Positions 1-8,300 of a DNA stretch of 30,751 bases are shown one piece after another. The translations under genes were made by a program, and so were the position numbers. This stretch comes from an uncultured Bdellovibrionales bacterium (GTDB lineage: Bacteria > Patescibacteriota > Minisyncoccia > Moranbacterales > UBA1568). How positions within the stretch are numbered: position 1 is the stretch's first letter; every line of letters starts with the position of its first letter. Under the pieces are notes generated by a model. The model had not been told where the DNA came from. It did not search any database and was given only the letters and a program-made list of their open reading frames with translations. The stretch lies in the NCBI GenBank assembly GCA_964428755.1, contig CAYRYX010000001.1, positions 533 through 31,283 of the forward strand. The letters run 5' to 3'.

Positions 1-108
1 GCAAAACGGGGACTGGCACCCTCGTATTGCTATATTCCCCGGTTTTTTTGACAAAATCGGGAACCGGTGGGAAAGTGAATGCGGTTCTTTCGGAAAAGGA
101 GACCTGTC

Positions 109-444
109 ATGATGTCCGACTATATCCTGGTCACGGTTCGACATCGGAAACTGTTCGTACTTCGTATCCGGATATTCGATCCTGGTGACACATCGGAGGA
201 GACGGATGATCTGAGGGATCCATACGAATTCTCGGAGGATGCCTCGGCGTATACGGAACACGGGATACCTCTCCGGAAGGGAAAATATCCATGGGGAGAT
301 GACGGGGATCTCTTCCCGTATTCCGATGAGGTATACTACCGGCTCAGTCTGTTCGGACGGAAGAACGATATCGAAGGATATGACGCTTTTTCCAGACAGG
401 AGACGGGAGAATATATCCCAGGTATAATCTACGGAGATGAGTGA
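109..444 (+). CDS. hypothetical acidic protein (~111 aa)
   Basis: ORF 79..444; AAGGAG RBS just upstream of ATG 109; followed by a terminator-like hairpin; no family motif recognised. Confidence 0.5.
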   Translation: MMSDYILVTVRHRKLFVLRIRIFDPGDTSEETDDLRDPYEFSEDASAYTEHGIPLRKGKYPWGDDGDLFPYSDEVYYRLSLFGRKNDIEGYDAFSRQETGEYIPGIIYGDE

Positions 445-446
445 TG

Positions 447-477
447 GCCGGCTTTCGTAATGAATGCCGGCTTTTTG
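447..477 (+). terminator. probable intrinsic terminator
   Basis: gccggc-tttc-gtaat-gaat-gccggc hairpin followed by ttttt just after the 444 stop. Confidence 0.5.
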
Positions 478-512
478 TTGCCTTTTCCCGGGCGTTTGCT
501 ACACTCGGACTT

Positions 513-1073
513 ATGAACGAGCACAAGCTTTTTTTTGGCATACCGCTTTCCGGCAGGCTTAGGAAGCGTCTTGCGCAGGATGCCAAAGAGTGGGAGAAAT
601 ACCCGCTCTTCCTGACGCGTCCGGATAATCTTCATGTGACGGTGCTTTTCCTCGGGTTCGTGAAACCTGAGGCGATCGCGGATATTTCCGAGACGGCCCG
701 TGAGGCATGTGCCGGTATCGAGCCGTTCGACATGCTGTTTTCGGAAATCGCGCTCGCGCCGGAATCTTCCGACGCGAAGATGATCTGGCTTTCTGGCGAG
801 CCGAGCGAGGAACTGCGGCTTCTTCGTACGGCGTTCGAACGCGCGTTCTCCGAAAAGCTCGCCGAGAACAAGAGCTTCCGTCCGCATGTCACGCTCGCCC
901 GTATCCGCCGGAACCTATGGAACGAACTTCCCGAGGAATCGAAGCCGGCGTTTCCGATGCCGGTCGCCTTCGCGGAACCGGTGTCCTCGGTCGTGCTCTT
1001 CGAGAGCGTCTCGTCCGGCGTGAACCGGCAGTACCTACCGATGGAGGAATTTTTTCTTGGGGAAGCGGCGTGA
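513..1073 (+). CDS. thpR: RNA 2',3'-cyclic phosphodiesterase (2H phosphoesterase, 2'-5' RNA ligase family)
   Basis: Two HxT motifs (LHVTV, PHVTL); N-terminal KLFFGIPL; start moved to ATG 513 within ORF 441..1073. Confidence 0.9.
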   Translation: MNEHKLFFGIPLSGRLRKRLAQDAKEWEKYPLFLTRPDNLHVTVLFLGFVKPEAIADISETAREACAGIEPFDMLFSEIALAPESSDAKMIWLSGEPSEELRLLRTAFERAFSEKLAENKSFRPHVTLARIRRNLWNELPEESKPAFPMPVAFAEPVSSVVLFESVSSGVNRQYLPMEEFFLGEAA

Positions 1074-1216
1074 TCATTTTGCTGAAAATGAATTCTTTCG
1101 TCGTGATCCATAGCCTGGCTATCGGAAATGGAAAATGCAAAAATCAAGTATAAAAATGGTCGTGTCCACTTTTTGCGGACTCCACATTTTTCCATTTTGA
1201 GATTTTCATTTTTCGT

Positions 1217-1936
1217 ATGAACATCCTCGGTATCGATATCGACGAATCTTCGCGCGATGAAATCCATGCCCGCGTGGACGGGTTTCTTCGTGGGAATCGT
1301 TTTCGCCGTATCGCGACCGTGAATTCGGAATTTCTCGTCGAGGCGGATCGGAACCCGCCGTTCCACGATGCGCTTTCGGCCGCGGACTTCCGGGTCACGG
1401 ACGGGATCGGTATCGTGCTTGCCGGTCTCTTCCGTGGTCGGCGTATCACCCGGTACCCCGGTGCGGACCTGCTCCTCCATATCCTCGCGAAAGCCGAGGA
1501 GGAGAATGTTCCTATTTTTCTTGCAGTACGAAAGGACGGGCTGAGTGCGTATAAGGAGATTCGGCAGGCTATTCTTGTTCATTATCCGAAAATCCATGTT
1601 TTTGGGCGCGACATCCGAATCGGAGAAATTGGAAATTGGAAATTGGAAATTGGAAATTCCGCGATCGTTCTCTGCAATTTCGGTGCTCCAGAACAGGAAT
1701 ATTTCTTGGAGGGACTGAGAAAAGAGGGAATTCCATCGCGGTTGGGGATGGGGGTCGGCGGCGCATTCGATTTTCTCACGGGAAAAAGAAGGCGCGCACC
1801 GGTGTGGATGCGCGCGATCGGGTTCGAATGGCTGTGGCGACTTGTCCATGAACCGCGTCGCGCCAGACGAATCTGGAATGCGACCGTGGTATTTTTATGG
1901 AAAATTTTACTGGAAAAAAAGAAAACGACCCATTGA
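1217..1936 (+). CDS. WecB/TagA/CpsF family glycosyltransferase
   Basis: Motifs TVNSE, DGIG, RYPGADL, FGAPEQE, GVGGAFDF, RAPVWMRAIGFEWLWRL. Confidence 0.92.
   Translation: MNILGIDIDESSRDEIHARVDGFLRGNRFRRIATVNSEFLVEADRNPPFHDALSAADFRVTDGIGIVLAGLFRGRRITRYPGADLLLHILAKAEEENVPIFLAVRKDGLSAYKEIRQAILVHYPKIHVFGRDIRIGEIGNWKLEIGNSAIVLCNFGAPEQEYFLEGLRKEGIPSRLGMGVGGAFDFLTGKRRRAPVWMRAIGFEWLWRLVHEPRRARRIWNATVVFLWKILLEKKKTTH
1625..1658 (+). repeat. heptamer tandem repeat (GGAAATT)x4 plus one partial unit, inside the glycosyltransferase CDS
   Basis: gaaatt ggaaatt ggaaatt ggaaatt ggaaatt read directly; encodes EIGNWKLEIGN. Confidence 0.95.
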
Positions 1937-1968
1937 ATCGAAATGGGTCGTCCGCGATGCTGAGGGTA

Positions 1969-2445
1969 TCAGCGGAGATTCGTCTGTCGATAGATACGTC
2001 CGAATTGCCGGAAGAATGTCTCCTTCAGTCTCCAATATTCATCGATCCCGAGGAGTGATGCTTTTTCCAGGCCGCAGCCGAAATAGATGAGGCGTCGTCC
2101 CGTTTCAGCCTCGAAGTCATTGAGGAGGATGAAGCAGTGCTGATTGGATCCGATCCGCGTGTCTCTTCGCCAGCGGTCGGCGTCACGGGAATCTTCCGTG
2201 ATCCTGAGGCGGTTTGAGAGCTCTTCCTTGATGTCTCGGTAGACATCTTGGACGCCGTTGTCGAGCCGCGGCCTGTTCCACAGTGTCAGGATGAGATCGA
2301 GCGTCACATCGCCGTTGCCCATCTGCTTGGTGATGACGGTGGCCGATTGATCCAGCCTTTGGAGGTCGCTTTCGAATCGTGTGTTCTGGGCGAAAGCGGG
2401 GAGATGCATGGAAACGAACAGCAGGGCAAGCAGATACTTGAGCAT
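1969..2445 (-). CDS. hypothetical secreted protein
   Basis: 158 aa ORF; signal peptide MLKYLLALLFVSMHLPAFA; AAGGAG RBS. Confidence 0.7.
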   Translation of the reverse strand: MLKYLLALLFVSMHLPAFAQNTRFESDLQRLDQSATVITKQMGNGDVTLDLILTLWNRPRLDNGVQDVYRDIKEELSNRLRITEDSRDADRWRRDTRIGSNQHCFILLNDFEAETGRRLIYFGCGLEKASLLGIDEYWRLKETFFRQFGRIYRQTNLR

Positions 2446-2526
2446 AGCGCTCTCCTTGGTCGGGTTGTAAAAGAAGTCTCACTATGGAACCACTTCCGGG
2501 TGCCGTTGTCAATCGTCCAAAAATGA

Positions 2527-2561
2527 AAAACCGTCCGGCTCCGGAGAGTATGGACGGTTTT
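2527..2561. other. stem-loop in divergent intergenic region
   Basis: aaaaccgtcc (2527-2536) pairs with ggacggtttt (2552-2561); inner ctc-cgga-gag. Confidence 0.5.
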
Positions 2562-2654
2562 GATCAGGCGTGCCTTTTTTTGGCTTCGGGATTTTTCCCT
2601 CAGGAATCCTGATCTCGGATGCGCGAGGCCCTATTTTAGTCATCCTGTCAAGTG

Positions 2655-2683
2655 TTGCGATAAGTGCATAAGGATGCCATAAT
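2655..2683 (+). promoter_or_regulatory. sigma70-type promoter for gltX
   Basis: TTGCGA-17 bp-CATAAT, about 40 bp upstream of ATG 2726. Confidence 0.6.
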
Positions 2684-2725
2684 AAAGCCATAAATCAGGC
2701 GCTTGGTCTGAAGAACAATGAAACT

Positions 2726-4213
2726 ATGAAACAATCCAGCAATGAAGTAAGGGTCCGGTTCGCACCTTCGCCGACGGGGTATCTGCACGTCGGGGGGCTG
2801 CGCACCGCGCTCTATAACTACCTCTTCGCGAAAAAGCACGGCGGTACGTTCATCCTGCGCATCGAGGATACGGATCGGACGCGGCTCGTTCCCAATGCGA
2901 TGGAGAGTCTGATCGATGTTCTCCAAAAAATGGGGCTTGCTCATGACGAAGGTCCGTATATCCAGTCGGAGCGGCTCGAGGTGTATCGGAAACATGCCGA
3001 GGAACTCTTGGCAGCCGGCAAGGCGTATCGCTGCTTCTGTTCCGCCGAACGATTGGAGGAGATGCGCGCCGGACAGACCGCGGCAAAGACGATGCCGAAG
3101 TACGATCGGCAGTGCCTCGCACTTTCTCCGGAGGAAGTGTCGGTCAAGCTTGCAGCGGGAGAGTCGCATGTGATTCGGATGAAGGTTCCGGATGATCGCG
3201 AAGTCGCATTTGATGATCTTGTCCGCGGAAAGGTTTCTTTCAAGACCGGGACGATCGACGATCAGGTGCTGCTCAAGTCCGACGGTTTTCCGACGTATCA
3301 TCTCGCGAATGTCGTGGATGATCATCTCATGGATATTACCCACGTGATCCGCGCCGAAGAATGGCTTCCGTCCACTCCGAAGCACATCCTCCTCTATGAG
3401 GCGTTCGGATGGGAGGCTCCGACCTATGCACACCTTCCGCTTCTTCTTAATCCTGATCGGTCGAAACTTTCGAAACGACAAGGCGATGTCGCCGTCGAGG
3501 ATTATCTTGCGAAAGGATATCTTCCGGAAGCGCTCATCAACTTCGTCGCGCTTCTCGGCTGGAATCCGGGGGAGGGGAATACGCAGGAACTGTTTTCACT
3601 TTCGGAACTTGTCGATCGATTCGATTTGTCCGCTGTCCACAAGGCGGGAGCGGTCTTCGATCTTGGGAAGCTCGACTGGATGAACGGGGAGTATATCAAG
3701 CGGCTTTCGGCGGATGAGCTCTTTGCAAGAACACTCCCGTTTCTTTCGGAAAAAGAGTTTTTTAAGGAATGGAGAACGGCGAATGGAGAATGGAGCGATA
3801 CGGATGCCGACTTATTTGTGAAGAGGGTGCTCTCGGTCGAACAGGATCGCCTTGTGAAACTCGCGGACGTCGGCGACGGGAGCCCGTTCTTCTTCGCAGG
3901 GCCGGCGGTTGAAAAGGCGACGCTTCCCTGGAAGAAGAGCACGGAAGATGGCGCGAGGGAGGCGCTCGGACGTGCGCTTGGTGTCATCGAGGCTGTTTCC
4001 GATGAGGATTGGACCCGTGAGAAGCTCAGCGAAATCCTGCTCGAAGCCGCAGGTGACGACCGCGGCGGGTTCCTTTGGCCGCTTCGGGTCGCGCTAACGG
4101 GCGCAGAAAAATCCCCGCCGCCCTCGGATATCGCCTGGGTTATCGGCAAAGAACAGACTCTTTCCCGCGTTCACGCCGCTCTTAATATACTTAGCGGTGA
4201 AACCGCTAAGTAA
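2726..4213 (+). CDS. gltX: glutamate--tRNA ligase
   Basis: RFAPSPTGYLHVGG (HIGH), FILRIEDTD, KLSKR (KMSKS), Zn site CFC...YDRQC. Confidence 0.98.
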   Translation: MKQSSNEVRVRFAPSPTGYLHVGGLRTALYNYLFAKKHGGTFILRIEDTDRTRLVPNAMESLIDVLQKMGLAHDEGPYIQSERLEVYRKHAEELLAAGKAYRCFCSAERLEEMRAGQTAAKTMPKYDRQCLALSPEEVSVKLAAGESHVIRMKVPDDREVAFDDLVRGKVSFKTGTIDDQVLLKSDGFPTYHLANVVDDHLMDITHVIRAEEWLPSTPKHILLYEAFGWEAPTYAHLPLLLNPDRSKLSKRQGDVAVEDYLAKGYLPEALINFVALLGWNPGEGNTQELFSLSELVDRFDLSAVHKAGAVFDLGKLDWMNGEYIKRLSADELFARTLPFLSEKEFFKEWRTANGEWSDTDADLFVKRVLSVEQDRLVKLADVGDGSPFFFAGPAVEKATLPWKKSTEDGAREALGRALGVIEAVSDEDWTREKLSEILLEAAGDDRGGFLWPLRVALTGAEKSPPPSDIAWVIGKEQTLSRVHAALNILSGETAK

Positions 4214-4260
4214 AGTTCCCTTTTCCTTGTCATTGCATGGTTTTTTATAGTACGAATTCG

Positions 4261-4269
4261 TGCTATACT
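4261..4269 (+). promoter_or_regulatory. extended -10 promoter for the M23 gene
   Basis: TGcTATACT immediately upstream of ATG 4277. Confidence 0.5.
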
Positions 4270-4276
4270 GAGGTCA

Positions 4277-5542
4277 ATGGCTACAAAAAACGGAAAAAAA
4301 TATTTCCTCCTGTTTTTCGTCCTCGGGATCGTCGTTTCCGGCGGTCTTTTCGCGTCTTCGGCATACGGTGCGGATACGGTGGAAGAGTATGCGAACGATC
4401 TGAAGGACGACCTCAAGGAGATAAACGCGAAGATAAAGGCATACAGACAGATCGTCGATCTCAAGGAAAAACAGAGCGACACGCTCGAAAGTCAGCTTTC
4501 GACACTCGAGACGCAGGCGCAGAAGCTCGAACGGGAGATACGTGAGAACGAGCAGGCGCTCTCCGACCTCGGCCGTGAGCTCCGCGATACGGAGATCGGC
4601 ATCTCGGAAAAGGAGCGGTTCATCCTCCGTGAGAAGCAGGTGCTCTCCGGACTGATCCGCGAGTATCATGCCGCGACCGTGGACGGCGCCGACGTGCTCT
4701 TTGCACTCGGTGGTGACGACGGAATGCCGATGAAGCGCGAGGACTGGATTTCCGAGACGGGTGGACGTATCGGCACCATGTTACGGAGTCTGGAAGAGAC
4801 CAAGAAAGCGCTCCTTTCGGGCAAGGAGGTGCTCGACAAGAAGAAACTCGAAGCCGATACGCTCCAAGAGCAGCTTGATAAGCGGAACGAATATCTCGCA
4901 GGATCGAGACAGAGCAAGGCGACGCTGCTCGCGAAGACCGAGGCCGAAAAACAGAAGTATACGACGCTCGTCCGGACGCTCGAGGAGGAACAGAAGGATA
5001 TCGAGAACGAGATCAATAACCTCGAATCCGGGAAGATCGGCGTGCTTGATCTCGGAAAGATTCCGAAATACCAGAAGGGATTGCTCTCCTATCCCGTGAA
5101 GAAAGTCGTCATCACCCAGGGGTATGGCATGACCTCGTATGCGAAGAAGGGCGCATACGGCGGCGGTCCGCACAACGGCGTCGATTTCGGTGCCGGTACC
5201 GGAACGCCGGTCTATGCCGCGATGGGCGGCAAGGTCGCCGCTATCGGAAGCATGACCAAGAACGGGAAATGGTACGGGTACGGCAGGTGGATCGCGATCG
5301 ATCACGGAAACGGACTCCTGACACTCTACGGGCACCTCTCGAAGCAGAATGTGAAGAAGGGCGAGAAAGTGGACGAGGGCGAACAGATCGGTCTGTCCGG
5401 GAACACCGGGTATTCGACCGGCCCGCACCTCCATTTCTCCGTATTCTCTTCCGATTCGTTCGAGGTCGTCCCGTCGAGCAAAGTGTCTGGAATTTCCGTC
5501 CCGATCGGTGCGCACGTGAACCCGACGAAATACCTTCCGTAG
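4277..5542 (+). CDS. coiled-coil plus M23 family metallopeptidase (EnvC/murein hydrolase-like)
   Basis: N-terminal TM/signal, long coiled coil, HNGVD (HxxxD), YGHL, GPHLHF, VNP. Confidence 0.92.
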   Translation: MATKNGKKYFLLFFVLGIVVSGGLFASSAYGADTVEEYANDLKDDLKEINAKIKAYRQIVDLKEKQSDTLESQLSTLETQAQKLEREIRENEQALSDLGRELRDTEIGISEKERFILREKQVLSGLIREYHAATVDGADVLFALGGDDGMPMKREDWISETGGRIGTMLRSLEETKKALLSGKEVLDKKKLEADTLQEQLDKRNEYLAGSRQSKATLLAKTEAEKQKYTTLVRTLEEEQKDIENEINNLESGKIGVLDLGKIPKYQKGLLSYPVKKVVITQGYGMTSYAKKGAYGGGPHNGVDFGAGTGTPVYAAMGGKVAAIGSMTKNGKWYGYGRWIAIDHGNGLLTLYGHLSKQNVKKGEKVDEGEQIGLSGNTGYSTGPHLHFSVFSSDSFEVVPSSKVSGISVPIGAHVNPTKYLP

Positions 5543-5573
5543 GAGACGAACGGATGATCGTGAATCACGGATT

Positions 5574-6992
5574 ATGAATGATAAGAAGAATCAGATAGGC
5601 GTGGTTGGTCTGGCGGCGATGGGATCCAATCTCGCGATGAACCTCGCGGATCACGGGTTTCGCACGGCGGTCTATAACCGTTCTCCCGAACGGACGGGGG
5701 CGCTTCTTTCGGAATATGGGAGCGGCAAGGGTCTTGATCCGACGTATACGCCGGAATCGTTCGTCTTGTCCATCGAGACTCCTCGGAAAATCATCCTCAT
5801 GGTGAAGGCGGGTGATGCGACGGATGCGGTCATCGCGCAGTTCGCACAGCTTCTCGAGCCGGGTGACATTCTTATTGACGGTGGAAACTCGTTCTTCCGG
5901 GACACGATACGTCGTGCAGAGTCGCTCCGGGAGAAGGGGATCCGGTTCGTCGGGATAGGGATTTCCGGCGGCGAGGAAGGCGCACGTCGCGGTCCGTCCA
6001 TGATGCCCGGTGCGACCGGTGATCTGTGGACCGAACTTCGACCGATGCTCGAGGCGATCACGGCCTCGGACTTCGACGGGAATCCGTGCGTGGCTCCGAT
6101 CGGAGAGGGTGGAGCGGGTCATTTCGTGAAGATGGTGCACAACGGTATCGAGTATGCCGATATGCAGCTCATCGCCGAAGCTTATTTTCTCATGAAGAGC
6201 GGCCTCGGGCTTTCGAACGATGAGATTGCCGATGCATTCGAAAAGTGGAACAGCGGTCGGTTGGAGTCTTATCTCATCGAGATTACCGCGAGTATCCTCC
6301 GTGTGAAGGAACAGGATGGCGGTCGCATCATCGACCGGATTCTCGACACGGCCGGATCAAAGGGTACGGGAAAGTGGACGACCGACCAGGCGCTCGAACT
6401 GGGGGCTCCTTCGTTTTCCATCGCAGCGGCGGTATTCGCCCGTTCCGCATCGGCCGATAAGGCGATGCGCGTCCGGCTCTCGGATATTTTTGAGGAATCG
6501 GAAACATCGTCTGCCAGAAATCTCACGCTCGACGATGTCGAAAATGCGCTCTATGCCGCGAAACTCCTCTCGTACGCGCAGGGGTACGAACTCCTGTCGC
6601 TTGCGGCGAAGGAATACGGCTGGAATCTTGATTTCCGAGAAATCTCGCGTATCTGGCAGGGCGGATGCATCATCCGGGCGCGGTTCCTCCGGGAGCTGAC
6701 GCTCGTGTATACGGAAAACCCTGACCTCTCGCACCTGCTCCTCTCCTCGTTCGCGCAAGGTGCGATCAAGGAAAATATCGGCGCACTCCGGAAAGTTTCC
6801 GGGGCGGCGGTAGCGACGGGAATTCCTATTCCTGGATTTCTCTCGGGTCTATCGTACTTTGATACCATGCGTACGGCACAAGGATCGGCGAATCTTATCC
6901 AGGCGCAGCGCGACTATTTTGGTGCGCATACGTTCCAGCGTGAGCTTGGCGGAGAGCCGGAGCACTTCGATTGGAATTTTGAAAGTCTATGA
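5574..6992 (+). CDS. gndA: NADP-dependent 6-phosphogluconate dehydrogenase, decarboxylating
   Basis: GLAAMG, YNRS, IDGGNS, VKMVHNGIEY, KGTGKWT, IWQGGCIIRA, LIQAQRDYFGAHTF. Confidence 0.98.
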   Translation: MNDKKNQIGVVGLAAMGSNLAMNLADHGFRTAVYNRSPERTGALLSEYGSGKGLDPTYTPESFVLSIETPRKIILMVKAGDATDAVIAQFAQLLEPGDILIDGGNSFFRDTIRRAESLREKGIRFVGIGISGGEEGARRGPSMMPGATGDLWTELRPMLEAITASDFDGNPCVAPIGEGGAGHFVKMVHNGIEYADMQLIAEAYFLMKSGLGLSNDEIADAFEKWNSGRLESYLIEITASILRVKEQDGGRIIDRILDTAGSKGTGKWTTDQALELGAPSFSIAAAVFARSASADKAMRVRLSDIFEESETSSARNLTLDDVENALYAAKLLSYAQGYELLSLAAKEYGWNLDFREISRIWQGGCIIRARFLRELTLVYTENPDLSHLLLSSFAQGAIKENIGALRKVSGAAVATGIPIPGFLSGLSYFDTMRTAQGSANLIQAQRDYFGAHTFQRELGGEPEHFDWNFESL

Positions 6993-7378
6993 TAAAAGAT
7001 TTTGATACATGGAATGATCAAAAAAAGTCGCTCGATGTGAGGGCGGAGAGATTCTTCTTCAAGTCCGGGGAAGTGTGGTGGTGCGCGCTTGGAACGAATG
7101 TCGGCCACGAATCATGCGGAAAAGGAGAGACGTTCCGTCGCCCGGTCCTTATCTTGAAGAAACTTTCTCGTGAGAGCTGTATCGTGATTCCGCTGACTTC
7201 GAAAGAAAAATCCGGATCATGGTTCGCGGATATCACCCTTCATGGAGAGAAAAGGGTTGCGCTTCTTTCACAGCTACGCATGGTTAGCTCAAACCGTTTT
7301 CAGCGGAGACTTGCCGTGCTTGATGAAGGGGATTTTTCTTCGGTAAAGCGAAAGCTCGAGGAACTCCTCGAGCTTTGA
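6989..7378 (+). CDS. PemK/MazF family endoribonuclease toxin, no adjacent protein antitoxin
   Basis: GEVWWCALGTNVGHE...RRPVLIL...VIPLTS PemK pattern; ATGA overlap with the gnd stop. Confidence 0.85.
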   Translation: MIKDFDTWNDQKKSLDVRAERFFFKSGEVWWCALGTNVGHESCGKGETFRRPVLILKKLSRESCIVIPLTSKEKSGSWFADITLHGEKRVALLSQLRMVSSNRFQRRLAVLDEGDFSSVKRKLEELLEL

Positions 7379-7425
7379 AATCATCACCCCGCTTTCGCGG
7401 GGATCGGTGGGTAACCCCAAAAGTA
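7345..7425 (-). ncRNA. candidate antisense small RNA overlapping the toxin 3' end
   Basis: Lies downstream of a perfect - strand promoter; ccccgc-GAAA-gcgggg GNRA hairpin on - strand (7387-7402); 12-bp stem at 7351-7376 followed by U-rich nucleotides; ends estimated. Confidence 0.4.
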
Positions 7426-7430
7426 CTTCT

Positions 7431-7458
7431 ATTATAAATCATTTCATTGATTTGTCAA
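7431..7458 (-). promoter_or_regulatory. perfect-consensus sigma70 promoter, antisense to the toxin gene
   Basis: - strand reads TTGACA (7458-7453), 16 bp, TATAAT (7436-7431). Confidence 0.75.
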
Positions 7459-7462
7459 GCTG

Positions 7463-8254
7463 ATGCTTGTAAACATATCCGTATCATCCGAGGAAGCGAA
7501 ACGGGCTACGGCGGAAAGTATTTCGAGTAGCCTACTCGAACTCAAGAAAGAGGGAACTCCCGTTCTCTTTCTTTTTTCCGGTGGATCCGCACTGTCCGTT
7601 CTTGATATGATCGATCCCTCCTGTCTCGGAGGAAATCTGATAATGGCACCCGTCGATGAGCGGTTCGACCCGACCGGCGAGGCGAGCAACTTCGCCGCGT
7701 TCATGAGCACCGATTTTTTCCGGAAAGCGGAATCGGCTGGTGTGCGCTTCATCGACACTCGCGTGAAAGAAGGGCAGGGGAGAGGCGACCTTGCAAACGA
7801 ATTCGAAACCGCGATCCGAAAATGGATGGCGGATTTCGTTACTCCGACCGAATCTTCCTACCTTGTCATTCCGAGCGTAGTCGAGGAATCTCGTCCGTGC
7901 CCCATGGGCAAAGTCATCGCCATCCTCGGCATGGGTCCGGACGGGCACACTGCGGGAATATTTCCCGATGCCGATGAAAAGGCGTTCCATGATCGTTTCG
8001 AGGGCAATCGTCTTGTCGTCGGGTACCGCGCACCGGAATATGCTACCTGTCCGGAGCGCGTCACCGTGACGCTTTCATTCCTCGAAAAGAACGTCGACCA
8101 GGCGTTCGTCTTCGTTTCAGGGGAAGAGAAGCATACTGCCTGGGAGCGCGTCCTTCGCAATGACGAGCCGATCCATCTTCTTCCCGCTGGGATATTCCAG
8201 AGACTCTCGAAAGTGCAAATATTCACGGATTTGGATCGAAAAATCACGATATGA
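7463..8254 (+). CDS. pgl: 6-phosphogluconolactonase with an in-frame palindromic insertion
   Basis: LFSGGS, PVDERF, LGMGPDGHTAGIFP, RVTVT, VSGEEK; downstream of gnd. Confidence 0.88.
   Translation: MLVNISVSSEEAKRATAESISSSLLELKKEGTPVLFLFSGGSALSVLDMIDPSCLGGNLIMAPVDERFDPTGEASNFAAFMSTDFFRKAESAGVRFIDTRVKEGQGRGDLANEFETAIRKWMADFVTPTESSYLVIPSVVEESRPCPMGKVIAILGMGPDGHTAGIFPDADEKAFHDRFEGNRLVVGYRAPEYATCPERVTVTLSFLEKNVDQAFVFVSGEEKHTAWERVLRNDEPIHLLPAGIFQRLSKVQIFTDLDRKITI
7865..7891 (+). repeat. REP/RPE-like element half inside the pgl CDS
   Basis: gtcattccgagcgtagtcgaggaatct (VIPSVVEES) matches the intergenic GTCATT..GAG..GAAG(C/A)ATC family at 8808, 8843, 12384, 12476, 13685. Confidence 0.8.
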
Positions 8255-8263
8255 AAGGAGATT

Positions 8264-8291
8264 TTGACGTGTCGAGCCCGGGTGGTATACT
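8264..8291 (+). promoter_or_regulatory. sigma70 promoter for the small coiled-coil gene
   Basis: TTGACG-16 bp-TATACT with extended TG. Confidence 0.6.
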
Positions 8292-8300
8292 TATGCGCAT

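Noticed and set aside
1125-1215. Loose aaaatg/catttt inverted repeats upstream of the glycosyltransferase
   Set aside because: Low-complexity and imperfect; cannot be distinguished from compositional noise.
632-1849. 405-aa - strand ORF and the many other long antisense ORFs (e.g. 2648..3481, 4781..5515, 18519..19634 part, 19606..21054, 20753..21592)
   Set aside because: Shadows of well-supported genes on the opposite strand in GC-rich DNA; no motifs or RBS.
2537-2548. 12-mer ggctccggagag shared with the tRNA terminator (30647-30658)
   Set aside because: A 12-bp match is expected by chance in 30 kb; both are simply hairpin loops.
2726-4213. Inferring discriminating vs non-discriminating GluRS from the QDRL segment, given tRNA-Gln in the window
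   Set aside because: Arg at this position occurs in both types; needs a glnS/gatCAB search of the whole genome.
5574-8254. gnd and pgl without zwf
   Set aside because: zwf could lie elsewhere in the genome; absence from a 30-kb window is uninformative.
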